From contig OZ245015.1 in the NCBI GenBank assembly GCA_965223705.1, positions 1,568,001 to 1,632,000 on the forward strand: a DNA stretch of 64,000 nt, in the 5' to 3' direction. Shown piece by piece: positions 8,577 to 18,190 of the stretch. The stretch comes from Myxococcota bacterium. Its GTDB lineage: Bacteria > Myxococcota_A > UBA9160 > UBA6930. Position 1 is the stretch's first letter. Each line of letters starts with the position of its first letter. Position numbers and translations under genes: made by a program. The notes under the pieces are model-generated. The model saw only the letters and a program-made list of their open reading frames with translations. It searched no databases and had not been told where the DNA came from.

Positions 8577-10186
8577 AGAAAGTCAAGGTCGCGGACTGGG
8601 GTGAGCTCGTTCCCGAGACGCCGGTTCACGCGCTCGTACGCAACGTCGATCTGGTGATCGTCCGTTGGCCGGGCGTTGCGGACGTTTCGGTTCTGTACGG
8701 TCGGTGTCTTCACCGCGGGGCTCTTCTCTCGGACGGTCTCGTACGCGGCGAGGACTTGATCTGCGGCGTTCACGATTGGGACTATCGCTACAAGACGGGC
8801 GTGAGCGCCTACTCGAACAGCGAAGTGCTCCACAAATTTACGCACTGGATCGAAGACGGCGGCCTGTTCGTCGATGAAGACGAGATTGCGCAGTGGGAGC
8901 TCTCGCACCCGCAACCCTACGATCGCGACGCTTACCAAGGCGCGTACGCAGATCCGCACGGGACCCCGGACGAACCGTTCAACGATTGGGTCCACGAGCT
9001 CGCGGAGAACGGAACGAAAAACGTCGGACCTCACGGGCGGATGGATGCCATGGGCGTCCCGCATCAGGACCTCCCGCTGTGGTCGGACATCCAGATCCTC
9101 ACGGGCCAACTCGCACGCGTCCCGCTCCTCGACGACGCACCGGTCGGCACCGACGTCGTGATCGGGCCCGCGGCGAAAAGACCTCTCGAGCTCGCCATCC
9201 CGCTGTTCGTTTCCGACATGAGTTTCGGGGCTCTTTCCTTCGAGGCGAAGGTCGCCCTCGCGAAGGGGGCCGACTTAGCGGAGACCGGCATTTGTTCCGG
9301 CGAAGGCGGCATGCTTCCCGAAGAGCAGGAAGCGAACCGGCGCTATTTCTACGAGCTCGCTTCCGCGCGCTTCGGCTTCGACATGGGCAAGCTCGAACGC
9401 GTACAGGCATTCCACTTCAAGTGCGGACAGGGCGCGAAGACGGGAACTGGCGGCCATCTGCCCGGACATAAGGTCGTGGGTAAGATCGCCGAGGTGCGCG
9501 GCCTCGATGAAGGCCAATCCGCCGTCAGTCCCGCGCGCTTTCCCGACTGGGATTCCATCGCGGATTTCAGAGGCTTCGCCGAAGAAGTGCGCGATGCGAC
9601 GGGCGGCATTCCCATCGGCTTCAAACTATCGGCTCAGCACATCGAGCGCGATATCGACGCCGCCCTCGAGGCCACCGCCGATTACATCATCTTGGACGGC
9701 CGCGGAGGTGGGACCGGGGCCGCGCCGCGCTTGTTCCGAGACAACATCTCCGTACCGACGATCCCGGCGCTTGCGCGCGCGCGTCGGCATCTCGATTCTC
9801 GAGGCTGCCGCGATGTCACCCTCGTGGTGACAGGGGGCCTCCGCGTTCCCTCGGACTTCGTGAAGGCGATGGCTCTCGGTGCCGACGCGATCGCGCTCTC
9901 GAACAGCGCGATCCAGGCGATCGGTTGTCTCGGAATGCGCGCTTGCCACACGAACAACTGCCCCGTCGGGATCGCGACGCAAAAAGAAGATCTGCGGAAG
10001 CGACTGGATATCGCCCTCGCCGCAAAGCGACTCGAGCGCTTCCTGCGCTCAGCAGCGGAGCTCATGTGTGTGATGGCTCGCGCATGTGGCCGGAGCCATG
10101 TCCGAGAGTTCTGCCTCGACGACCTGACCACCTGGAAGCGAGAGATGGCCGACTTGTCGGGCGCGCCCTACGCCGGAGTTCGCTAG
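8573..10186 (+). CDS. Rieske [2Fe-2S]-fused FMN-binding glutamate synthase family protein
   Basis: N-terminal CLH..CGVHD. SDMSFGALS, SGEGG, GQGAKTGTGGHLP, DGRGGGTGAAP and CLGMRACHTNNCP (3Fe-4S) motifs. No glutamine amidotransferase domain. Confidence 0.88.
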   Translation: MKKVKVADWGELVPETPVHALVRNVDLVIVRWPGVADVSVLYGRCLHRGALLSDGLVRGEDLICGVHDWDYRYKTGVSAYSNSEVLHKFTHWIEDGGLFVDEDEIAQWELSHPQPYDRDAYQGAYADPHGTPDEPFNDWVHELAENGTKNVGPHGRMDAMGVPHQDLPLWSDIQILTGQLARVPLLDDAPVGTDVVIGPAAKRPLELAIPLFVSDMSFGALSFEAKVALAKGADLAETGICSGEGGMLPEEQEANRRYFYELASARFGFDMGKLERVQAFHFKCGQGAKTGTGGHLPGHKVVGKIAEVRGLDEGQSAVSPARFPDWDSIADFRGFAEEVRDATGGIPIGFKLSAQHIERDIDAALEATADYIILDGRGGGTGAAPRLFRDNISVPTIPALARARRHLDSRGCRDVTLVVTGGLRVPSDFVKAMALGADAIALSNSAIQAIGCLGMRACHTNNCPVGIATQKEDLRKRLDIALAAKRLERFLRSAAELMCVMARACGRSHVREFCLDDLTTWKREMADLSGAPYAGVR

Positions 10187-10188
10187 CC

Positions 10189-11028
10189 ATGGGTGCGTGG
10201 CAGACGGTCGGCGGAGTCTCCGGCGCGGCTTTGCGCGAAGCGCGGCTCGAGCTTCACTACGCCGCGCAGCTCGTAGCGGCCCTCGGCGCGACGTTCTTGC
10301 CGCCGGAACCCGATGACAGCCATCCCAACCTCCGTTGGGATACCGAGCATCGCGCGCTGCTGGGACGGCGCTTTCACAATCTCTGCGGAGCCCTCGTTCC
10401 CGAAAAATTTCGTCTGGAGTTGCGGAACCCGAACGACACGGTGCCAGTCCATCTGTCCCTCACCGGTTTCACTCTGGATGAAGCACTCGCGTGGCTGCGT
10501 TCGGAGATCGTGCGGAGCGGCGCGCCGGTCTCGGTCGAGCCTTTGGCACTCCCGGGCTACGACTTGCCGGATCACCCACTGGCGGCGGGCGCCGGGTTCG
10601 TTGCGGCGGACGAAGCCGTGGGCGAAGAAATGGCGCGCTGGTTCGGCAACGCGGAGGCGCTGCTACTCGACTTGCAGCCCACCGTCGGCGACACGACACC
10701 CATCCGCTGTTGGCCTCACCATTTCGATCTCGCGTTCCTGCGCGTGCTCGAGACCGACACCCAGGGCGAGTTGGCCAAGACCGTCGGGTGCGGGTTGTCG
10801 CCCGGCGACGAGACGTATCCCGATCCGTACTTCTACGTCTCGCCGTGGCCGTATCCGTCCGCCGATGCTCTGCCGAAGCTCGATTCCGGTCGTTGGCACA
10901 CCGAGGGATTCGTCGCCGCGATCCTGCCTGCCGAGGAAATCGTCGCAGCGGGCGAACGCGGGCAAGAAGCTCTCGTGCACCACTTCTTGCGCAACGCGTA
11001 CGCCGCGGCCGAGCGAGCCCTGCGGTAA
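10189..11028 (+). CDS. Hypothetical protein (DUF5996-like)
   Basis: LH.AAQ, WPHHFDLA and G.SPGD..YP.PYFY..PWP motifs recalled for this family. Located inside the operon. Confidence 0.6.
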   Translation: MGAWQTVGGVSGAALREARLELHYAAQLVAALGATFLPPEPDDSHPNLRWDTEHRALLGRRFHNLCGALVPEKFRLELRNPNDTVPVHLSLTGFTLDEALAWLRSEIVRSGAPVSVEPLALPGYDLPDHPLAAGAGFVAADEAVGEEMARWFGNAEALLLDLQPTVGDTTPIRCWPHHFDLAFLRVLETDTQGELAKTVGCGLSPGDETYPDPYFYVSPWPYPSADALPKLDSGRWHTEGFVAAILPAEEIVAAGERGQEALVHHFLRNAYAAAERALR

Positions 11029-11048
11029 GCGGGCCGAGGAGAAACTTC

Positions 11049-13025
11049 ATGAGCGAAGCTGCAAACGGCCCCCGGCGGGTCTGGTACAAGGCGCTCGAGC
11101 TCGACGAGTTGCCCGAAGGGCGGGTGAAGACCGCGGTCTGCGGGCTTCAGTCGGTTTGCATGACACATTTCCGGGGGCGCTACGCGGCGCTCGAAAACAA
11201 GTGTCCCCACCAGGGCGGTCCCTTGGGAGAGGGCTCGATCGAGAACGGGTTGCTCCGCTGTCCATGGCACGGGTGGGATTTCGATCCACACACCGGCGCC
11301 TCTCCGGGCGGTTACGACGACGGCATCACGCAGTTTCCCGTGGAGACGCGCGACGACGGCATCTACGTCGAAATCGAAGAGGACGTCCCGCACACGCGCA
11401 CTGTGACGGACGTCATGGCGGAGACACTGGTCGCCTGGAACGTCACCTCCGTGTTCGGAATGGTCGGCCACTCGAACCTCGGGCTGGCCGATGCCTTGCG
11501 ACGACGCGCCGCTTGCGGCGAGCTTCGCTACTACGGCATTCGACACGAAGGAGCCGCCGCGTTCGCCTGCTCCGCTTACGGCAAGCTGACGGGACGACCG
11601 GCGGCGTGCCTCGGCATCGCCGGCCCGGGAGCGACGAACCTGCTCACCGGGTTGTGGGACGCGAACGTCGACCGCTCGCCGACGATCGCGCTCACCGGTC
11701 AGGTCGACACCCAGGTTCTCGGCCCGGGTGCGTTCCAGGAAGTGGATCTTCAAGCGGCGTTCGGAAAAGTCGCGCAGTGGCAACAACCCGTCCTTCACAC
11801 GAGCAAGCACGCCGAGCTCGTGAACCTGGCCTGCAAGAGCGCGATCTTGAACCGCGGGGTGTCGCACCTGATTTTCCCCGATGAGGTGCAGACATTGCCC
11901 GCCGCCGAAGGTGAGGAAGCCGGCGCGCCCACCGGCCGTTTGACGGTGCGAGCCATAAGGCCCCCCGAAGAATCACTCGACGACGCCGCGGCGCTGCTCG
12001 AGAAGGCCCGACGCCCGGTGATCATCGTCGGCCACGGCGCGCGTTTCGATATGAAGGCCGTCACCGCGCTCGCCGAGGTCTTGCGATGTCCGGTCGTCAC
12101 CACGTTCAAGGGCAAGAGTTTGATCGCCGACGATCACCCCTTGGCTTGCGGCGTACTCGGCCGCAGCGGGACGCCCATCGCGAGCCACTTCATGAACGAG
12201 TCGGACGCGCTCCTTGTCCTCGGAGCGAGCTTCAGCAACCACACCGGCATCACGCCGAAGAAGCCCACCATCCAGGTCGACTTCGACGCGATGGCCCTCG
12301 GAAAGTTTCACCCGATCGACGTCCCCGTATGGGGTGAGATCGCGGTGACCGTCGCCGGCCTGCGAGACCGCTTGGCCGGCACCGAGACCGAAGACCAGAC
12401 CGCGGAGATCGCCCGGCGTTGGGCGATTTGGCGAGAAGAAAAAGCGAGTCGGCAGAACGACGACCGCGGCCGCGGCGTGAATTCCGCCTCGATCTTCCAG
12501 GCCTTGTCCGCCGCCGTTCCCGACGATGCCATCATCGCCGTCGACGTGGGCAACAACACCTATTCCTTCGGTCGCTACTTCGAATGCAAGCGCCAGGCGG
12601 TCCTCATGTCCGGCTACCTGGGCTCCATCGGTTTCGCCTTGCCCGCTGCGCTGGGCGCTTGGGCGGCGACCCAAGAATCGGATCCGCGTTTCCGCGGGCG
12701 CAAGGTCGTGTCCGTCTCCGGCGACGGTGGGTTCGCCCAATACATGGGCGAGCTGCTCACCGCCGTGAAGTACAACATGAACATCACCCACGTACTCGTC
12801 CGGAACGACGAGTTGGGGAAGATCTCGAAGGAGCAGCGCGCCGGGCACTGGGACGTCTGGGAAACCGACCTCCACAACCCGAACTTCGCCGACTACGCGA
12901 CCCTGTGCGGCGCTACCGGCATCCGCGTCACGCAGGCGAGCGACCTCGAGGATGCGCTCGCGACCGCCATGGCCGCGGACGGGCCGGCCCTCGTCGAAAT
13001 CATCGCCGACGCCGAGCTCGTCTAG
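11049..13025 (+). CDS. Rieske [2Fe-2S]-fused thiamine-pyrophosphate enzyme (pyruvate oxidase/acetolactate synthase family)
   Basis: N-terminal CPHQGGPL..CPWHG; RHE.AAAF, GPGATN, and the GDGG..N TPP motif. ATG 11049 with GAGGAG upstream. Confidence 0.88.
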   Translation: MSEAANGPRRVWYKALELDELPEGRVKTAVCGLQSVCMTHFRGRYAALENKCPHQGGPLGEGSIENGLLRCPWHGWDFDPHTGASPGGYDDGITQFPVETRDDGIYVEIEEDVPHTRTVTDVMAETLVAWNVTSVFGMVGHSNLGLADALRRRAACGELRYYGIRHEGAAAFACSAYGKLTGRPAACLGIAGPGATNLLTGLWDANVDRSPTIALTGQVDTQVLGPGAFQEVDLQAAFGKVAQWQQPVLHTSKHAELVNLACKSAILNRGVSHLIFPDEVQTLPAAEGEEAGAPTGRLTVRAIRPPEESLDDAAALLEKARRPVIIVGHGARFDMKAVTALAEVLRCPVVTTFKGKSLIADDHPLACGVLGRSGTPIASHFMNESDALLVLGASFSNHTGITPKKPTIQVDFDAMALGKFHPIDVPVWGEIAVTVAGLRDRLAGTETEDQTAEIARRWAIWREEKASRQNDDRGRGVNSASIFQALSAAVPDDAIIAVDVGNNTYSFGRYFECKRQAVLMSGYLGSIGFALPAALGAWAATQESDPRFRGRKVVSVSGDGGFAQYMGELLTAVKYNMNITHVLVRNDELGKISKEQRAGHWDVWETDLHNPNFADYATLCGATGIRVTQASDLEDALATAMAADGPALVEIIADAELV

Positions 13026-13061
13026 AAGCCCGCCCCAAGGATCCGATACTGTCTATCCCGC

Positions 13062-13145
13062 GCCGGGGTGGCGGAATTGGTAGACGCAGTGGCCTTAGGA
13101 GCCACCGGCTTAACGGCCGTGCAGGTTCGAGTCCTGTCCCCGGTA
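13062..13145 (+). tRNA. tRNA-Leu (TAG), CCA not encoded
   Basis: Acceptor GCCGGGG/CCCCGGT, GGAATTGGTAGAC D loop, anticodon arm GTGGC-CTTAGGA-GCCAC, long variable arm, GTTCGAG T loop. Confidence 0.95.
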
Positions 13146-13348
13146 CGTCGAGTGCTGCCAATGCAGCCAGTTCCATCGCCATGAAAGAATCCGCGCTTCA
13201 CCCGATGGGAGGAGAAAGCGGCTATGGACGTTGCTCTTGCTTCCCAGGGCCTGCGGGGCGGCTGGGACGTACATGCCGAATCCGCGGAGTTGGTGCCAAA
13301 CCGTGTCTGGGGCAAAGTGCGATGAACTTGTCGATCGCGGAGGTCGGG

Positions 13349-13966
13349 TCAGCGATTTCCGGCAAGAGAGGACATTCGCAGGCCTACGGTTCCGGTCCAA
13401 AGGAAGAGCGCGACTAGCAGAAGGCGTTGCCAGAGCCCCGTCAGAATGCGCGACTCTAGCGTTCCGACCAGTGCTAGGAGAAAGCCGAGTGCGAGGAAGC
13501 CTGTGATGAACGAATACACCGAGAGAGAACGCCATTCTGGCATTCGTCGAAACGCACTTCCGAAGAGCCAGGTAGCGAGAATCAGGGAAATGAAGGCAAT
13601 GGGCGCGATCCTGTCGTGAATGAAGTTCTCTGTTGAGCCACCGACCTGAGGGCAGCCTGGATCGCACGAGATCAGACCGGATGCTGCTACGCCGATGCCG
13701 AACACGATCGCAAGTAACGAGCCGATGATGGGTATTCGTTCATTGGGCATGGTGCGTAGCAGCGAGCCGCCGAAGGCAGTCAGTAGAAGACCGCTGAGGA
13801 CAAAGCCACCGTAATTCATCAAATCCGCGAATTCCGTTCCAGTTGCCCCAAGCTCGCTGACGAACTGGTGTAGGTGGCTGTAGTCGGGTCGGATCCAGCC
13901 GCATATTGCAATTACGACTGCGAAGATCGCAGGACCTACTACGCCCCCCAGGGCCATCACTCGCAT
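13349..13966 (-). CDS. DUF998-family membrane protein
   Basis: YSH..QFVSELGA, a conserved H in the central loop, GL.QR near the C-terminus, about 5-6 TM helices. Confidence 0.8.
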   Translation of the reverse strand: MRVMALGGVVGPAIFAVVIAICGWIRPDYSHLHQFVSELGATGTEFADLMNYGGFVLSGLLLTAFGGSLLRTMPNERIPIIGSLLAIVFGIGVAASGLISCDPGCPQVGGSTENFIHDRIAPIAFISLILATWLFGSAFRRMPEWRSLSVYSFITGFLALGFLLALVGTLESRILTGLWQRLLLVALFLWTGTVGLRMSSLAGNR

Positions 13967-14335
13967 TTCGCCGCCTCCCAGTGGCGGGCTACTAGAACCG
14001 TCGGACCGTCTATCTCGACTGGTGGTCGCCCGTCACTTCGGCCCAGTTGTGCGGAGAACCGAATGAACTCGTTCGGATTCAGATATGACAAGTCGTCGTC
14101 GCCCTTCGCACAGATCTCTGGGTTCGGGTTCCAGTCGTCCCTACCGGCTCTTCCTCCGAGGTCTGCTTTCGACACCCGAAGGTCGCGATTGGTGGTGGCA
14201 GTTGAAAGATTACTTTAGTCCCCCGTTTCCAAGAAGAGATGCAGCAGATGGCGGCTGAGGGAAACGAGGAGCTCGCGGCTGCGACCCGCGGATTCTTCAC
14301 GTGTGGCGTCCAGGCGCGCCCGAAAGCGCGGCGCG

Positions 14336-15259
14336 CTACTCAGCATGCGGAACGAAGACTTCGCCGCGCTTGATCTTCTCGAAGAGCTCGACTTGCCCCT
14401 GTATCCAGGCTTCATGAGCTCGTTTCTCCTCGTCGGATTCGGCGGCTTCAGCTTCTGCGATCGCACGACTCCGTTCGGCCATCCGAAGCTTCTCGCGCGC
14501 CTTCACCTTTCGCCCCTCGACGAACTCACGGACGTCCGCAGGAGGCGGACGGCGCTCGGCGAGGCCATGTACGCCCAGGATGTCGAGCGTCTCGTACGCT
14601 CTCATGCGCGTATTCATCCAGAGCGACGGGTCCGCCTCTTTGTCTTCGATCCACCGCACAACAGATGGATCGATGGTATCGACCATCTCGGCATATCGTC
14701 CGATGGTCGCCATCATGGAAGGCCAACGTTCCTCGTCGCCATCCCAACCAAGAAGCGCTTTCCCTGCAAGCCTTACCGCTTCGGGTCTCTGACTGTAGAG
14801 GAGCGTTATTTGAACATGAGCGCGGTCGAGGGGATCTCGCGAGCCCACCATTGAATCAACTCGGGCCACCGCGCTCGCCCCTCCGGTACCGAAAGCGAGC
14901 CGTAAAAAGGTCACGGAATTTTGGTAGCCGCCGGCTTGCGCTTTGTCGTACTGCTCGATCAGATATTGGGAGAAGGGCTCGCCCGCCTGTTCGAGACGGT
15001 CAATATTCTTCCAGCAAACGCCTTCGCCTCTGCAGCGGTCGGTGACAATCAGCTGGTAGAGGGATGCCATTCGCTGGTCTCCGTCCGGCTGCCAGTAAAG
15101 CCTTCTCTTCATCTCCTTCTCTGATGAGTAGGATGAGCGTGTGGCGGGTTCGGCGGACGCCACTGAGGAAAGCGCCAGAACGAAAGCGACCAGCGTGTGA
15201 GTTGTTCCTTGTGTCAGTTTGTTTGTCCGCCTGTCTGCTTGACGGAGGTCAGGATCCAT
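14336..15259 (-). CDS. Hypothetical protein (signal-peptide-like segment, helical, charged C-terminus); start uncertain
   Basis: About 300-codon ORF with protein-like composition; LVAFVLALSSVASA-EP resembles a signal peptide. No recognised family. Confidence 0.55.
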   Translation of the reverse strand: MDPDLRQADRRTNKLTQGTTHTLVAFVLALSSVASAEPATRSSYSSEKEMKRRLYWQPDGDQRMASLYQLIVTDRCRGEGVCWKNIDRLEQAGEPFSQYLIEQYDKAQAGGYQNSVTFLRLAFGTGGASAVARVDSMVGSRDPLDRAHVQITLLYSQRPEAVRLAGKALLGWDGDEERWPSMMATIGRYAEMVDTIDPSVVRWIEDKEADPSLWMNTRMRAYETLDILGVHGLAERRPPPADVREFVEGRKVKAREKLRMAERSRAIAEAEAAESDEEKRAHEAWIQGQVELFEKIKRGEVFVPHAE

Positions 15260-16595
15260 TCCCACGGTTCGCCTCCCGCTCGAGTCCCGCGGTCATGAGC
15301 TCGATCCAACGTTCGTGTTGGGCGATGAAGATGCCCTCATCTTCGAGTTCGCTGCCGTGTGCCACGGGCTTTAGACCCAGCTCGTCAGCATACGCGTCGC
15401 CCCCGAGAGACCCGTGTTGAGCGCCTCGCGATAGATCACTCCAACGTGCGTTACGGCCGCCGAAGCCCACTTGGCTGGCGTTGAAAGCGGCCAGGTCGTC
15501 CGGGGTCGCCAGGCCACTCGCATTGAAGAAGTCCTCGTATTGACGGATGCGGTTTCGCCGCGCTTCCTCGGGCTCACCTTTCGGCGCAATGCAAACCGTT
15601 GTCACCTCGGTGCGATCGACCGCGAGCGGCCGAAAGGAGCGGATTTGCGAGCTGATCTGATCCATCAAGAAGACGTTCGGGTAGAGCAACAGGTTGCGCA
15701 GCCGGTTGATCATCCAATCGGTTCGGGGCTTCCCGAAACGCGCAAGCAAGGTGTCTCGCTGCATGTGGATGGGTCGCACCTCGGGGTTCGCCCAATCGTT
15801 CCAGACGACGGTGTGACCGTTTCCGAGGTCGAAGTAGCCCCCGGCGAGCTTCTCGAGGGACGCGACGTCGACCGTCTCGACGGCACGGGTCTGCGCCGTC
15901 CGATGATTTACCGTCTCGACGTAGTTTCGGTGGATGGTTCCGACGTGGTAACCGTCTACGCCGTTCTCCGCCTGGAGTTTCCAGTTGCCATCGAACGTGT
16001 AGGTCTGCACGCCGGGGAGAACTTCGAGCCCCTCCGGAGACTGGTCGCAGACGAGGTCGATCATGACGCGCGCCTCACCGAGATGTTCGGCCAAGGGTGG
16101 GACGTCCGGGTTCAGGCTCGCGAAGACGAAGCCGCGATAGCTCTCGACCTTGGGCACGGGTATGAGCCCGAACTTCGCATGATCGAATTGATCGGGATAA
16201 CCCCCGCTTTTCTCTCGACGCACCCGAACGAGTGCGCCTTTCGAACTGAAACACCAGCCGTGGAACGGGCACACGAAGAAAGGCTCATTGCCGCGCTGGG
16301 TCTGTACGAGGGTTGAGCCGCGATGGGCGCAGGCATTGATCCAGGCGTGGATCTCGCCGTTTTCGGAGCGGTTCAGGATGACGGGCTGGCGGCCGAGTTG
16401 GCCGGTGACGTAGTCGTGAGGATTCGGAAACTGGCTTTCGTGGGCCAGGTAGGCCCAGTTCCCCTCGAAGATGAACCGAAGCTCGAGCTCGAAGAGCTCC
16501 GGATCGACGAAGACCCGTCGGTCCAGTCGGTGCACCCCTTCTTCCGGGCGGTGATCCAGGACCGTTTCCAAAGACTCGCGGGTGATACTGGTCAT
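15249..16595 (-). CDS. Rieske aromatic ring-hydroxylating dioxygenase alpha subunit, benzoate/toluate 1,2-dioxygenase (BenA/XylX)-like
   Basis: CAHRG..CPFHGW Rieske motif, NWKLQAENGVDGYHV..IH iron site, RIRQYEDFFNASG.ATPDD and EDEGI motifs. Confidence 0.9.
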   Translation of the reverse strand: MTSITRESLETVLDHRPEEGVHRLDRRVFVDPELFELELRFIFEGNWAYLAHESQFPNPHDYVTGQLGRQPVILNRSENGEIHAWINACAHRGSTLVQTQRGNEPFFVCPFHGWCFSSKGALVRVRREKSGGYPDQFDHAKFGLIPVPKVESYRGFVFASLNPDVPPLAEHLGEARVMIDLVCDQSPEGLEVLPGVQTYTFDGNWKLQAENGVDGYHVGTIHRNYVETVNHRTAQTRAVETVDVASLEKLAGGYFDLGNGHTVVWNDWANPEVRPIHMQRDTLLARFGKPRTDWMINRLRNLLLYPNVFLMDQISSQIRSFRPLAVDRTEVTTVCIAPKGEPEEARRNRIRQYEDFFNASGLATPDDLAAFNASQVGFGGRNARWSDLSRGAQHGSLGGDAYADELGLKPVAHGSELEDEGIFIAQHERWIELMTAGLEREANRGNGS

Positions 16596-16710
16596 GTTCT
16601 TGCCCACAACCCCTTGTGAAATGATGACACACCACGGCGACGAGGCCGAAATTCTTCGAAGCGCGCCGGAAAGTGCGAAACACGCGGCTCGAGTCGTGCG
16701 TATCACGAAC

Positions 16711-17151
16711 ATGTCGCTGCGTTGGATCGATCGGTTTTTCGCGATGTACCTCGGAGCGGCGGCGCTGACGGCGCTCGTAGGATCGGCCGTGTCCCAGCCG
16801 CCGCCGGTCCTGGCACGACCCGCCATCGAGGGCCGGCCGGAGCTCGTGGCGTTGCATTCTCCGTCGCGCGAACCGCTCGCCGGCCTGGCGCTCTCGATTG
16901 CGGCTGGCGCTCTCTTTACGCGGGGTCGTTTCCGGCACAGCGTGGCCGGGGCGAGCTGCGTCGCCTCATTGTTTATGCAACCTGCGGTTTTCTTCGTGCC
17001 GGCGGTTCTGGCTACCGGATGGTGGCTTCCGAACCTGCTACCGCCGGGTGACCGAGGCGGCCTTCGGGCCATGGCGGTCATGAGCGCACTCGTCTGCTCG
17101 ATTGTGGGCTTTGCAATCGCTCAGTTCGTCGTGCTGCGCGAGCGATCGTGA
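16711..17151 (+). CDS. Hypothetical membrane protein
   Basis: Several hydrophobic segments; fills the gap between the benA-like gene and the lipoprotein. Confidence 0.45.
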   Translation: MSLRWIDRFFAMYLGAAALTALVGSAVSQPPPVLARPAIEGRPELVALHSPSREPLAGLALSIAAGALFTRGRFRHSVAGASCVASLFMQPAVFFVPAVLATGWWLPNLLPPGDRGGLRAMAVMSALVCSIVGFAIAQFVVLRERS

Positions 17152-17160
17152 AGCGGAGAG

Positions 17161-17658
17161 TTGCGAGCCCCCGACGAAGTCGTGAATGTGTCTCCCCGTG
17201 AATCCCCCACTGCCTTCGGGGAGGGACCCGTTCTGCGACTCATTCTCGCCATCGCAATCGCACTGGCCGGCGCGACGACTCTGGCTTGCAACACAGCGCC
17301 GCTCTTGCAGCCCGATCCGCTCGGCGGCGCGGGGTCGCTTCGCGCCAATCGCTCCGCGGTGATCAAAGGCATCGCGCGTCGCAACTGGGAACGCGTCCGC
17401 GAGGAGCCGGGCCTGCTGATCGCCCGCCTCACGAAGGGGCGTCATATCGCGGTGGTACGCATTCGATACGACGCGGAACAGATCGCCATCCGCTACGAGG
17501 ACAGCGAAGCCCTCAAATGCAAAGCCACGGGCGATTCGTGCTCGAAGATCCACCGCGCGTACAACCGCTGGGTCGCCCAGCTGCGCAAAGACATCGCCCG
17601 GCAGGTGACGCTCTCCGTGTTGGATCAGGACGTACCGCCAACTCAAGACCCGCTCTAG
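17161..17658 (+). CDS. Putative lipoprotein (start uncertain)
   Basis: Hydrophobic stretch with lipobox TLAC; W....PG, H...V.I.Y and IH..YN.WV..L pattern of a small proteobacterial lipoprotein family. Confidence 0.7.
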   Translation: MRAPDEVVNVSPRESPTAFGEGPVLRLILAIAIALAGATTLACNTAPLLQPDPLGGAGSLRANRSAVIKGIARRNWERVREEPGLLIARLTKGRHIAVVRIRYDAEQIAIRYEDSEALKCKATGDSCSKIHRAYNRWVAQLRKDIARQVTLSVLDQDVPPTQDPL

Positions 17659-17766
17659 CCGAGCGGGCCGGTGGTCCTCTTCTGCGACCATCAATTGGCT
17701 CTACACACCGCGAATCTTTCCCCATAGACTTGGGTGTTGCGGGGGAGGTATGGACCGGGAGCTTTT

Positions 17767-18180
17767 ATGAAGCGCACGATGATTTTCCTTGCGGGGAGCG
17801 CTGCACTCGCGTTGCTCTCATTCACAGCATGGGCACACGGAACGCACGGCGAAGCGGGAACGAACGTCGAACCGGTCCTCTCGACCGAGCTCCTCGAGAC
17901 GGACGGGAAGCACGTGACCGCGGTCGTGGTGACCGTCGAGCCGGGGGCGCATTTCGATCCCCACCGTCATCCGGGCACCGTCCTCGTGTATGTGCTCGAG
18001 GGGGAGATCGAATCCGCACTCGACGAAGAAGACCCCATCACTTTCACCGCCGGCCAGGCCTGGTCCGAGCCCGTCGGCGTCTTGCATCGCGTGACCAAGA
18101 ACAGCAGCGACGAGCGGGCGCGGCTTCTCGCCGTGCTGGTCCACGATAAAGACGCATCGCTTCAGCTTCCGGCCGAGTAG
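17767..18180 (+). CDS. Cupin domain protein with signal peptide
   Basis: MKR + hydrophobic + AWA signal; HRHPG..YVLEG and AG..W.E..G..H cupin motifs. Confidence 0.85.
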   Translation: MKRTMIFLAGSAALALLSFTAWAHGTHGEAGTNVEPVLSTELLETDGKHVTAVVVTVEPGAHFDPHRHPGTVLVYVLEGEIESALDEEDPITFTAGQAWSEPVGVLHRVTKNSSDERARLLAVLVHDKDASLQLPAE

Positions 18181-18190
18181 GAGAGCATCC

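Noticed and set aside
13957..14175. 72-aa minus-strand ORF upstream of the DUF998 gene
   Set aside because: No RBS or family motif. It may be a gene remnant but cannot be supported as a CDS.
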